Positions 38,014 through 52,183 of a DNA stretch of 64,000 bases are shown here, piece by piece. Numbering within the stretch: the stretch's first letter is position 1; every line of letters starts with the position of its first letter. A program made the position numbers and the translations under genes. The stretch comes from Marsupella aquatica. Its lineage: Eukaryota > Plantae > Marchantiophyta. Below the pieces are notes generated by a model. The model saw nothing but the letters and a program-made list of their open reading frames with translations. It was not told the origin of the DNA and did not search any database. The DNA is taken from the NCBI GenBank assembly GCA_973895155.1, contig OZ316892.1, positions 7,113,251 through 7,177,250 of the forward strand, given 5' to 3'.

Positions 38014-39834
38014 CGTGTTTGACGCGTGTAATGGCCGGGCATGGTGCTACAATTGGATCAGATCTTTTACAACTGTTCTTTTGACAAGCTGCAAGGTGGT
38101 ATTCACCGGCAGCAAATTGACCAGCCCTTGAGATGGAGAATGTTGTTACAGGTAGTATAGGATGAAGCAGGTACTTGCATTGATGACAGGCGCACGTTAG
38201 TACCAACCCAGACTATCCAAAATGACCAAAATATGTCAGAAATGGAGTCTCGTCGACCAATTCTAGTTGTAGATTTAGTGTAGGTTGGACATTGACACTA
38301 TGGACCTCACATACGAGTCCTTTAACTCGGAAGCAAAATCTGCGCATATTACTTGATTCTTTACATGATTGGCTACTGATTTGAACAAAGATAATTTTTC
38401 GTGCCAATGTCTTGAAATTGTTGTATGGCATTGGTAGAGATATAGTTAGTGCCGGTAGATGTGAGGTTGCAAATGCAATTTAGGGGTCACCGAATTCTCG
38501 CTTAGGAAGACACGAAGAATAGTTGGAGATTGCAATAATGCATCAACTATGTGGGTTTCGTAGCCTGCAATGTTCTTCTCAGAGGTTGCCAGTTTACAAA
38601 GTAGGTGCATCTACTTCTGGCACAGAGACGCCCGGAGTTCAGATTGGGACCCAGTGTTTCCTCAGAAGCCAGTGGGACTATAGGAAGTCGGGTAGAGTAT
38701 CTAGATCCTTGACATACCCAGCCACTTTAGTCAAGGATGGTATTGAACCTCTCTGCAGTGGTATAAGGACGACTTTAATCCGATCAAGGAATTTCCTTCC
38801 AGTGCACGGATACGTGTTGTAGGTCACAGGAAAGATACCCTTAGGACGCTGCCAATTGGCTACAGTAGAAGAGGCAAACCCACTTTACCGCTACTCCAGG
38901 GGATAATTCACCCACAAATTCGAGTGATTCTACCGTGGACGAAGAAGGGAATGTTCAAGATGCGACTAGTTCAAGCATCGAAGATACAAATTATGGGAGC
39001 CTGATATTTCGAATCGCGGCCTTCTCGCGCATGACGAGGTTGTCTCCAATGTGAGAAACCTGACCGAGCACTATGACAAACATTATTATTGCCCTACAGT
39101 GTCTCACTGTAGAGCTTGATCCTGAAGGCTGCAACAGGTACATTGCTAAACGCAATCTTATTTCAGGTTCAAACTCTTCAGGCAGTAAGATTGTTGCGCT
39201 AATCCAAAACATACTATTGATGCAAGGTTTTGACTGGTCTGCGAGAATTAGTAGCTCCAGGACCGGTTGATTTGAAGCAGATGTAGCAAAGAATCGCGCG
39301 ATGAGAACTACTTGCTACTTAGTGCCACTAGCAAGCTCGTCGTGTACAGTGGTGGATTCATTCATGAGCTTTGGATGCGCAGTTCACTCACGAGCTGTTT
39401 AATATTCGATGTGCAGAACTCCGTCTGTCGTTTCTAGTGTTATGTCTCATACGTGCATGCCGGGCCTTCTTATGTGGTTGTTGTTGAATATGCTGGAGCT
39501 TTTTATTAAAGATAATAAGGACAAGATAGAAAACAGGGTGAGACTGAGATTGATTCATTGACCAATCAGTTGGTAGGATGGTTTAGACGTTTTTGCTTCG
39601 CGGCCCCATTCAAATGCCGTGGCTCAAGCAACGACTGCAGAGGCATCTCAATAATACTGTACAGATTAATCGCCTAAAATGAAAACGAGGGCATCGACGA
39701 GCCACCAGAGAAGACGGGCAGATTGGGCTAATACGAAGGCTGGGCAAAACTCTGCAGTAGTTCCTGTCTCTCTCTTACTAACAAACCTTAATGTGCAAAG
39801 AAGTGATTGTTGTCGCAGTGGAAGCGAAACACTA

Positions 39835-42800
39835 CTACATTGGCGTGGCTTGGCGTGGGGCTGGGACGTCAAGCACAGGGACTCCTGTGACTGTAATCTC
39901 CTGCCTTGGCAAATGAAAGCCAATGCCGAGTTCTTCAAGCTGAGTCTTCATGTGCAATATCATGTTGCTCCGTCGCTGCCATCGCTCTCCTGATTCCTGT
40001 ATCACAACAACGGGTATCATGTTTCGCATCAGCCTTCGCCTTCCATTCTACCACAGTCAAAATGACCGTGCATTGTAAGATGAGTTTCTTCACTTCCCAT
40101 AGTCGAACAAGTTTCAATTGATCCAGCGTCTTTTCAGACGTCATTTTGAGATGCCATTTCATATTAGTAGCTGTTTTTTATTTACGGCTAATGTATCTGA
40201 CATGCTGAAGCTGGAATCTAATTGTTAGATCCCTGATTAAGCGAAATCCTTAGCCTATGCTAACCTGATAGTTGAGGTGATGCTGGATCCACAGAGCCAT
40301 TCTCATTCTCGTGCTGTCCTCGATGTCCTTGCACACAATTCGGAAAACCGGGTACCAGAACTGTGGAAGTCCCTCAATGTACTTTGTCATTCGCTCTTTC
40401 AGCAACCCCAATTGTTCAACGGGCGTTCCGGAGTGGATTTGGAATTCGATCGAATCCCACTGATCTGGACTGCGATAATAGTTCGAAATCGCCTTCGTTG
40501 CCAACACGGAATTAGGGTAATAAATCTTTTCGTTGGAACCGCTGCACATTCCATCAAATAGAGTGAACAGGAGGGAACGATCAATCCGTTAATTACGTTT
40601 CATTGAGAGAAGTTATCATGCTTTTTGCCGGCTGCAGAGTGATGCGGATGAGATACAAGTCAGATAGCATTCAGATGTAGATAGTTCAGCCCTCGGAACT
40701 TAAGGTGCCAGTAAATTCTCGCGAAAGTGTGCACTCCACTTGTACTAGGGAAGTCATTATCAGATTCCATCAGTTTGACAGCACAAATTGTAGTCTCCAG
40801 TAGATTCGATTCCTCAGTTACGAGAGATGCATTGTATGTAGCCTGATATCACACACTTCGCGGAGCATATGCTCTGGAGGACATGCAGATCTCGAAAGCA
40901 AATGAGTATTTTAAGGGTGAGGATAGATCGTTCGATAATTTCCGTGCTCTACCGAATCTTGTCATGTATGAACTTGGACAGAACAACCGAGTCCGCGTCC
41001 CAGAGACTCAATGGTGAGCTGTTATCGACTTCTATGATGATCGTTCTAAACGAGCACTGGAGAGAGTCTTCTGCCCAAGTCGGTTTCTAATCTTCTTAGG
41101 AAATAGACAATCCAACTGAGTGGGCAGAAGAGACGAACCTGAGAAGAATGGTGTTGAGAATGTTCATTTCCTGTATCCAAAAACAAGCACCATTTTTTTC
41201 AGCGTTAGTTAGCTCTACCGCAGCGCATTTGATCGGAACCCCTTTCTAGTATTTGGGTGAGACTTGCCACTCGAGATGCTGAAAGTTGAGAACTATGAAA
41301 AAGCAAGACACAGCAGGACAGACCAGTCATGGATACGAGAACGGGAGTGGACCCCTGAGTGGACGCCACCATGGCAATTTTGAGGCCTTCCAGCATGAGC
41401 CTTTGTCCCGTAGTGAGCTTGCATACGTCTATCTCTCTTTTCAATCATCACTGGTTTGCGGAAGTAATAAAGGAAGGCTTTCGCGGACGAATCATGCAGA
41501 TGACTCTTTTGGTTTCTTGCCTTGGAATCGAAAGGAGATCCACGCATGCGGATGACTCTTGGATGAGTCAATCACTGTGACCTCGTTTCAAACTGTACAG
41601 AACTGTATACTGGTCACATGGTACGGTATCAAATTGTTCCTTCTACCTCTTTGACTCCACCAACAGGACTTTACTGCCTAAGATTTGATGGGATGCTGCA
41701 ATACACGTCGATGGATTGCTCCGACCGAGACACATCGAGTGAACACGTTTCAGTGGTCCCACAATTAGTGATAGCTTCGAGATCCGGTACCACTGCATGG
41801 CCTTCTATTTCAAGTTCTTTCAATTGATGGTGCATATTCCTTGGGCGACTTTCACTGTTGAGAGTTTTTTAAATTATATATGTGCCTTCGTGCTGATGAA
41901 TGGATACGCAGTTCGACAAACCAGCCTATAGGGATAAGATCGGGGGTATCTTTCGAGTAGGACAATCTAGCGATGAGAAAGTCCCCGCGTAGCTCGATCC
42001 TGTCAACTTATGTTGCATCTGAGGAAGCAACACGAGCGATTCTTTCTCTCCAACCTGCACATCTCAGGGTCTGGCTCCCTTCCTATAAATCTCTGCTCGT
42101 GTAATTGCTCCATTGTAATTTTCTGCTGATGTTTGCCGTCGTGGACTGATCAAGTTTCTGAGAATGATTACATTTCCCCATAAACGTCAAATTCTGCTCA
42201 TTCATTCTTGCTCTCTACACAAGAAGAAGTAGGTAGGATTTACGTAGAGCTGGTGCCTACCGAGCATTGCGACAAATTGAGTGCCTGGAGTAGCCATCTC
42301 AATATGCAATTATTCAATCGCGTTCTTGGAAAGCCCCCGTGTCGATTTCATGAGTAATCTGGATAGGAGTTCATTGGCTTCTTGCGCTTGTCAAATGACA
42401 TTGGCAACGCTTCTTTACTGATTTAATGTCATTACACTCTCCACAGAAGAGAGGTTTAAGGGTCGCTTACATCAATGTACTAGCGGGTTCATATGAGGGA
42501 CTCCCTGTTTGCTTCTGGAGCCTCAGGAGCGATTCGTGCCATGAAATGATCTGCAATGCGAGGTGAATGATTTGGTACTGTTGACCAGTCCACGGGGAGG
42601 ACAGAATCCTTATACATAAAGCAGAGCCTGGCTTCATATACGGGACGAATCCTTCACCCTGGTTGATTGTGTGGATATGTGGACTTCGCGATTCGCTAGC
42701 CTGTTTGTGAATTTCAGGTTGGAGTACGAACTGGACCAAGATTCAAGACCCTCGACCACGCTTTGATTGAGGCTATCTGCCCAGCTCTATAATATTAACG

Positions 42801-43300
42801 TGTATCTTGCAGGATCTTTAATTCGTGGTGATGACTTACTATCATTAAACAGTCCACCGGGAGGTGTCACACAAGTGAACCGCCTGTTTTAGTTCACATG
42901 GTTCATGGTTGTCTGGACTTTACAATGCTGACGCTGGTCATTTGGTACGACAGAGTATCTGAGAATGTACATACTGGGATCAAAATTTAAGTCTCTCGAC
43001 CACGCCATCGTACTCATCTCCAATGTCTCTCTCGAGAAGCACAGGATGTGTTGACACACCGGGAGACAGCGGGAGGGATAATGACATCCTAAATTCTCTA
43101 AATCAATGGGTAATAGAGCTACTGGGCTTTCTACCGTAACGACGTCACCCTTATTCTAGATGCATTTAGTACTACCTTTACACTCTGAGAATTTTCTGAC
43201 AGAAAGCGCTGCTCCACGAAATCGAAAGGAGCATAAGAGCTTCTTGGGTTCCCGTCAGTCGCTTCTGATTGGCTCAAACTAAAGTACAGGCTTATCATTC

Positions 43301-43355
<55 letters not shown>

Positions 43356-46300
43356 ACCTCGACGATCATGGCTTGGCCGTCCACGCTGATGCGGTCACCA
43401 ACGTCGAAGGGATGCATTACGAAGAGGAAGATGAGGGACTCAAAGGTGCTGCGAGCCGCATTCCCAAACACAAAAACGGATGGCAGCAACACGGAGGAGA
43501 ATGCTACCAGCAGCTTCTGCGTGTTCACTCCCATGATGAGAAAGCAAATTGTAATAGCAATTCCCAGCAACAACTGCATCACCATCCATCCATGACAAAA
43601 GCCAACAAGATTGTCATGAACCATACAGCATCAATGTCGTTCCTTCTGGTCCTGTAGGTCGTCAATACTAAGAGGATTATTACTTTTCCGAGCAATTACA
43701 TACAGATTTTCATCTCTCCAATTGATTTGCCTCGTCTTCACTTTGCTGTCCTGCAACTTACGTGCGAGTGTCGTCATTCCCTTTCTTACCTTCTTGCGCA
43801 TCGACCCCAGTCTGGATAGAAATGGCCTAAGTATTCCTTCCCTTGTTCGAGTCTCCCAATCCATTGCTGGGGTTTCAGTAGACTTTGAGTTCATTCGCTC
43901 TTACGAAGTGAACCAATGCGACATAGCAGTAACCGAATTTCCTGTCTTCAATGTACTTTCATTAGATTAGAATTAGGTTGTTTTAAGGTGAGCCCTTCCT
44001 TCTATTGTCTTTCTCTCTTCCTAAAACAAAACAAGAAGGGTGAAATGTGAAGCCTACTCTTTGTCTTTTCCCTTTCGAACAGGGTAAGTGCCGAGCACCA
44101 GCGGTATAGTGATCTTGTTGTTGGACAGTGTTTAGGAAGCAGGCTATTTTTCAGACACAGAATTGAGACGTGAATGGGATAGAATTGAGGGACAATGATT
44201 CTACTTCAGTCTCCGCCAATGTCTGCACTCCGTGGTCGAGAGAGAAGAATTTAAGTCATTGATTGAAAGAAATCGTACCACATCAAGCACGCGATGGAGT
44301 TTCGCCACCACAGTACGGTTGTCGCTGAGAGTGAGCGCCAGAGATCGACGCTCTTTATAAATGTTCACGACCCACTTCATGAGGGACTTTTTGGTTATGT
44401 GCCCTGCATCGTTCAGTTCAAAGAGCCCAAATGCTCGTGTCGCTTGTTCCTCGGGCAGAAAGTACAGGAAATCGCTCAACGATAAAAATTTCTCTCCGGG
44501 CCTCGCGATGTTGTAGAATATCTGCAGATGCATCCAGAGTAAGCAGCTCGCCAAGATTACTTCTAATCATAAACTGTAAGCAGTTGCAGTGCGCCAATCT
44601 AATACTGCAATCTATAACATCTATGTATAGGTAGTTTCAAATAAAACAGCTGTCTGGTACTAAATGATCAAATGTGTTTCTTTAGTCTTTCGCATTGTAC
44701 ATAGAAAGCGTGCATTCTTGCAGAAATCATGCTGTAGCTGAGCTGAAATTTTGTGAGAATGGTACAGGGTTTTCAGACAAGGATGCCTGTGTGAGTTCTT
44801 CTTCGGCTCTGGACGAATACTGACTAAATCGTTTTTTGAATTCTGGTAAGCTTGCAGGTGCTCATGTCCGAGAACTGTACGTGCTGAAACAATGAGTGGA
44901 GGAAGAGGGATCTCAAACCTGCTTGGCTGCAGCTTTAGCTTGAGACTCGCTGTCAATCGATTCGCCTACTTCTTTTTCTAATATGGATGAAAACGTTGCG
45001 ATGTTCGTTTTGCGGATCATCTTCATCAACCTCTTCAGCGTCCATGCTGAAACGGTCTGAAAAGACAATGTTCAGGAGTGGAAATTCGTACTCAACTCTT
45101 CAAATCCGAGAATGACCTCTACAAAAGCATTTACAACACCCACATTTCGTATCGCATTTGGATGCGCATATTTTCTCTGATTTGTCTCCTTCTGTATGTT
45201 GAGATGGCTATCATCGCTACTACTGTCAGTTGGGAAAGCTCTACTTTTGGAGCCAGCTTTAACTTTTCCTGGCATAACAGTGGAACCCACTATCTACAGG
45301 ACTTTTTGCGACCTCTAATCTTGTTTTGCTGAAAAGTGGACCTTGACATTGCTTACAATAGACTTCCAGCAACAACGAAGTACATCCCTTTATGTAAGTG
45401 AAAAACCGGTTGAAGCCTTCAGTCAATCTCTTACATACATCAACACCAAATCTCAAGATGAATAGTCCGAGCAAACAAAACGATTAGAGATTGCTTCTGT
45501 TTGACTTAGTTGCTCAAATAAGTGGACAGCAGATAAGTGTTGCCTAAGTCTGGAAGATAATTCAACAAAAAGTTAACACTCCAAAATTAAGGTAACTTTG
45601 AAAGGATGACTTAATTCCTACCTCTGACGTGAGCTCCTGCAGCTTGTCTTGCCCGATTGGTACTGAGCTGCGTGCGAGTATTGGTGTTGGCTCCGTATAG
45701 CTCACGCGCCTTACTCGTCCCAGTGGTGAGTGTAGCTGTGACGGTGTAGCGTATGGTGCGGTACCTCCCAAATTCATTCTGCTGGTAGACGTCAAATTCC
45801 GCCTGCTTGGTGAAGGTTCTAAGTAGGTTCTACTTGGGGCACGTGCTAGGCTCACTGTGGGGTGAGCTGGCTGGGTGGGTTCTTCCTCTACTGTTGTTGC
45901 AAGCTTCTCAAGAGATCGAAGATGATCCAGCCTCGGAAACACTGGACGAGATTCTGGATGCTTGCTACTCGAAACCTGCTGTTGTTGATGCTCGTGCTGC
46001 ACCTCTCCTGCTCTGCGACCAAGGCCATGAGAGGGTGATTCTTCACGCGAACCACGGTTCGGAGTGGTCCAGTGGGGATCCTCTACGCGGGGTGCCGAGA
46101 GAGTTTCCAACACGTATTGATGAAACAGGCAATCTTGCACCCTATCAAAATAGGCAGCACGGTGGAAGCTGTTTGCTGCCATTTTCACCGCCAGGATTTT
46201 AACCATCCACAACGCAGATGTTGTAAAGAGGCACCACAACACCTGATTCACAATGTTGAGCTTATCAGTTAGGAAAAACCGTCTCTTTAGTATACAATTT

Positions 46301-49300
46301 TCTGTTCTGGGGAGTAACATGACAGGGTCCTTAATTCTCTCGTTTGGATGGGTTTGGCTGAGCAGGATGCCATTCGATCGTTTGATTCTCGCAAAGGAGG
46401 ATGATTTAAAAGTTGATGGGAATCCCTTTGAGCTAAGGGACGAGGAACGTCCAAAATCTTATCTCGGGAACAGAGCAGCTGATCAAGAGCCTTGCTTTCC
46501 GTTAGATATGTACAAAAAGCAACCTACAGGTTGATTTGCAACTCTAACCATGTGTCCAAACTGGCCCCTCCTAATGAAAAGAGTTGTTAAGAAGGGGTAT
46601 GAAAATAGAATTCAACATCTCCAAGCTGCCTACCGCGTTACTTACAAACTCCCTCGTAGCTCAAGACTTTTACCTCGACATGTATGTTCGTAGACGTAGC
46701 TTATACAATCATCTGAATCAATCTAAACGTTGGCGTGCAGGTGAAAACACTGAGAGAGTTTCAGAGCAAACCATATAGTAGAGAAGAAGAAAAAATTGCT
46801 CGGCATGGAAAGCTAATACAATCAGACGTGAAAACACTTGAGAGGAGAGTTTCAGAGCAAACCATATAGTGGTGAGGAAAAAGGTGCGCTCTGTATGGAA
46901 AGCTGGTACAATAAGAAGTAAAAACAATGCAGAGGAGAGTTTGGGAGCAAAGCATATAGTAGTGACGAAAAAAGATGTGCTCTGAATGGAACGCTGCTAG
47001 TACAATAAGAAAGAAAATCAATGGAGAGGAGAGTTTGAGAGTATACTATATAGTAGTAGGAAAAACAGATGTATGGAAAGGTAGTACAACAAGAATATCA
47101 TTTCACTCACAGACAGGAAAGAAGGATAGAGAATGACGACTCCAATCGCTGATCCATCCTAGTTTTTCGTAATGTAATGGGTGAGGGCTGAGAGCGCATC
47201 CTCGGCTATTCTTCAGCGCAGGTGTCGTTTGATCCAAGTGCCCACCAGTGGAGCCAGAAGGTTGTTCCCCTCCTTTGATTGCGTCTTCTGGAATATTTCA
47301 GCAAAGTGTTTACCTTCCTGGACCTTAGTTTCGTCGTCGATTAAACGATGCGAACTCTTTGACACAAATCATAACTATGAATTTGCTTGGGATTGTCACC
47401 GTTGTCCACTACAGTAATTGGCAGAGGCAGAGGGTAATGGGCGGCACACCATAAGTTTGTACGATATCCAAGTTCATGCTTTGCGAAGGTCATTCCGATT
47501 GTAAGGACTTCCTGACTTGGTGAATATCATCGATTCATTGTGTACTCCTTCAGAAGTTGCATGATACATGGTCCTCACTCAGAACTTGTTCTTGGGGAAC
47601 TAGGCCAGAGGTCTGCGTATATTTTACGATAACTAGAGCTCCAACTAAATTGAGCACAATGGGCTGTTGTTATATGTTACTATGATTCTGAAAAGAGTTC
47701 CCAACGAAAAATCATTGACAGTCCAGAGTGCAGGGCAACAAACTGCCTCATTCGTTAGTAATACAAACGGTCACTAACACTCCCTTGTAGACTTTTTGTA
47801 CAGTCAAGACGACTGAAGTCACATGCTCTCCACCATTAAATCATGGAAGGTTAGGAATCCCTCAATGGAAATCCCAGTAGGAGCAAAGATTGGAGCACAA
47901 ATGGAAATCCCAGTAGGAGCAAAGATTGCAGCACAAAGAGTAAGATGATGAACCAATGGGCTGTGGTAGGTTGGCCAGGGGATGAGCCTAGAACTGAGAG
48001 GTCCCAAGTTCAATCCCCCCTCCACATGCAAGGGTTGTGGAGGGTGTGTGTGGGTGGGTTGTAGTGGTGGGAATACTGGTTTCTCCTGAGCCCTGGCTGG
48101 TCCTATTTTTGGGCTCTTGTCCAACCCTCTCTCCCTTCTGGTCCTGGGTATGACATCCCTTGTGGGCTACCCTACAAAGGTGTATGCTCTGGAGTTGATC
48201 GTCTATCCTCTGTTGGATGGGTCAGCTTCTGGTTTCAGGAAAGAAAAAAGAGGAAGATGATGTGAACAAGAAAAGCATTGACCCTACTTCGACTTTTTCC
48301 ACCTCTTCAAGGAATGGGGACTAAAGAGTCAAACTTATGTTCTTGCTCATATTATATCGAAAACTAGTAAAGTTCCTCTATAAATTATAGAAGTACCCTA
48401 GTAACATTCAAGAGCCAGACAGTACAGCTCAGGTGTAAAATTAGGAGAAAAATCATGGGAGAAATCTTTGTGATCTAAAATTCAAAAGTATCTTCAGAGA
48501 TTTTTCAGTCCAAAGCATAGCACTAACTGAACGAGACATTTATAAATCATGGAGGCCTTAGTAGAGGGCAAAAGGCAATTTACAGAAAAGGCCAAACATA
48601 ACAATTAAGGGTTTCCTTTTAGTCTAAAAAATTAATGTAACCTACTTTCAAAACCTTTGAAGAGTATTTACAAAACTTTCCATTCATAAATCAGCATGAA
48701 ACTCTGCATCCATAGCTGTTGGGTTTGTAAATACATATATCCCACTAGAAAATGGTACATAGAACACCAAAACCAGGTGACATTCATGATCTCAAATGTA
48801 AAAGGAGGGGGGAGTGATCTCCAAATCTCACATCTATGGAAAAAGAGAACACTAAAGCACAACATCATGAAAACAGTCCCAGAATGTGCATAGTGAAGAC
48901 CCAATACCAATTTTATTTTTTATTTTTTGTAGGGGAAGCTCGGGGGTCTCACTATATGGGGACCTCCCCATCGCCTGTGACGTTTTTAGGCCTCGGACCC
49001 CCTAAAATGTAAGAAAAAAAATTTATTTTTTAACCCCTATAAAGTTGGAATATTCTTGGAATATTCTAAAAATTGGATTAAAAAGACCCTAATGTTCTTA
49101 TAAGTATCAAAATTGAATTTAAAATACCCTATTGTTCTTCTACAAAAATTCTTAAGTCTTCCCTTAGAACCAATAAAATGACCATATCCTTCGTCGCACG
49201 TGATATGCCATTTTTGTGGAAGTGAAACCCCCAGGGGACCAGCCCTGTCAATACCAAGCAAGGGGGCATGAGGCAAAAGGCTTCCACCTGTACAAAGGAA

Positions 49301-52140
49301 GCCAGTTGCCAACTTTAATTCTATGGACCCCTAAACTCAACAACCAGGTCAAGCTTAAATTTACACCACAGAGGAGGATCACAAAGTGGAAGTTGGCTAT
49401 AGTAGATATAACAAATCCTAGAGACTTTTCTGTGTGCCTCCAAATAATAAAGGTTTGAGCCTCCTCTGAACAAGTGTGAGACACTTGAGAATGATTGTGA
49501 GTACGAGAGAGGTGGTCCTCCATACTAAGGACCACCCTAGATTGTGAAAATAGATCAAATACGAGGGGCAGTAGTGCCCGAGAGATGTTTTTCTAAAAGT
49601 GTATATGCCTAACTTCCCTAAACAGATCTGCTAGGTATAGAAGTGGAGGGGACCCATTGCCTGACCCAAAACCTGCCCGCATTCATGACCTTCTTGTTTG
49701 TAAGGTGTCTGTCACAAGCATATAAATAGGCAGAGCCCCAGGGACCACCCTTTCCATGTTTTGGATTAACCACTTAGGTTAGGGCCTTTCATGTTAGTAT
49801 TTTTAATACAGTAGGGCCAGTTTACTAAAGAGGGCCAAACAGAGTACAATGGAATAAAAGCAAAAGAGATCTGACAAGAGAGAACAAACACTACACTCAA
49901 AATAAAAGGGCAAATGTGCCCCCCACCAAACAAAAGCACATCATCCATTTTAGTTTGAGATGACTTTAGCCATTTGTCACTAACCTTTTTAAATTGTGAA
50001 CTAAGTACTGTACTTAAACCGCCACTGCCCTATTATAACAAGAAGTGTCCAAGACTCCAACCTTTCTCGACATTCCACTCACTCACTCCTCTCCTTTACC
50101 ATGCCAGTTTGCATGCTCTCACGAATTCAGGAAGAAATTACTTATAATGGTGAAACCTGGTGGATCCAGGTTTTGTCATGGCTAGTGATAGGTTAAGAGA
50201 AAATTAAGCTCCAATTCAGTATGAGCAGCATGGGCTAGACCCAACCAATGCTCAACCATAACATATACACCAGGGGCTCATCCCTTACAGTGGTATGACA
50301 CAAGTTGGGTAGTCTAGAAATGATTAAGGCATGTCAAAGTCCTCCCGTAACCAAAGTGTTACAACGTTTATTTTCTGGATGTACCACCCTTATGGGATAT
50401 GTATTTTGGTAGCCCATAGCAAATCTGTCTTGCCTGTAATAATGTTTTATCTCCTGAGCCGTAACTCATTAACAGATGTGCTTTGACACGCCCTATTGGA
50501 AAGCAAAGCTGTACACCTGACTGAGAGCTTGAAGGCAGACAGAAGGCTGGTTGGATTTGTATTTTGACATACCATTCTGTTACAATAAGGTAACAAGAAT
50601 GACATATTCATTGAGCTATATATTTATCTAATGGTTGGAGTAGAGAAGCAGAGTAAGTACAAAACCCGTGGATGGAACATAGTAACGGGTTGAAGATGCT
50701 CTAAAAAACCTTTGCAATTTCAGGGCATTATTGGAGAAGAAATCCACTGTCAAGATTTGGATTGGCTCATTATGAAGTATCTGCATTACTTTGACTAAAA
50801 TCAGAAAACATAAAATTTCTCTTTGGGCTTTAAGTGTATTAGTTAGTTCCTGTTACCAGAGCATTATAGGCAATACTAGCCTCTCCAAACTCAAGCTAAG
50901 CTCTATAAAATGGACTTTACTATAATCCTTATAGTGCCCCCAAAATGCCCTATAAACAGGATATAGTCCTAAACTATAAATGGGACTTTACTATATCCCT
51001 AAAGTGCCCCCAAAATGAACTATAAACAGGATATAGGACTAACCTATAAACTGAACTTTGCTATATACTTAAAGAGCCCCCAAAATGCCTATAAACAGGA
51101 CATTGTACTGACCTATAAACAGGACTTTACGATATCCCTAATCTGCCCCCAAAATGCCTTATAAACAGAATATATTACTAACCTATTAACCTTACTATAT
51201 CCTTAGATCGACTGCCCCCCATATGCCCTATGAACAGGATATAGTACTAACCTGTAAAAGGGGCTTCACTATATCCCTAAACTGCCCCCCAAATGCCGTA
51301 TGAACAGAATATAGTACACGGGACTTTACTATATCCTTAGACTGCCCTGTAAACACAATATAGTAGAGCTTGTCAGACTATCCTAGTAAGCAAAGTCTTA
51401 TGGGTCTAAACTTTTTACCCCTAAGATTCTTATGGGGTTGTATTTAGGTAGCTTGGGTTGTAACTTTTCAGATATAAGATTCTTATTGGGCTTGTATTTA
51501 GGTACTCCAGAACTTGTTACTTCCTAGTCATGGCCATAAAACAGTTTTTATGGTCTTGACCTAATCTAATCTCATTTATAGCCTTGGCCCAATCTATCTC
51601 ATGCATGGCCCTCCAGGTAATACACATCAAAATGTGGCAATATAGGGTGTGCACTCATTGATTTAAAGAAGGTAATACACATCAAAATGTGGCAATATAG
51701 GGTGTGCACTCATTGAGTTAAAGAAGGTAATACACATTAAAATGTGACAATATAAGAATCACACATCAAAATGTGTCAATATAGGGTCTACAGTCATTGA
51801 TTTAAAAAAAAAAAACCAAGTTTATCATGGTCTGGAGTAATGTTCTAAACCCTATACTGGGACCCCATTTATGATGTGGCAATATAGGGTGTACTGTCAT
51901 TGATTTAAAGAAAATAACCAAGTTATCATGGTCTGGAGTAATATCCTAAACCCGATCCGTGGGACCCCATTTATGGTGGTGTTGTGACAGGCCCTAATAG
52001 TAAACCTATTAACGTGAGTTTACTAGTGTATATTCTTTTGTTGTATTTGTTCGAGAGAAAAGATTATATGAGAGAGAGGGCCCTAATAGTAAACCTATTC
52101 ACGTGAGTTTACTAGTGTACATTCTTTTGTTGTATTTGTT

Positions 52141-52183
<43 letters not shown>

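Noticed and set aside
41800-43100. Exon-like fragments in MSL intron 6
   Set aside because: The frames I checked are interrupted and I could not recognise a family.
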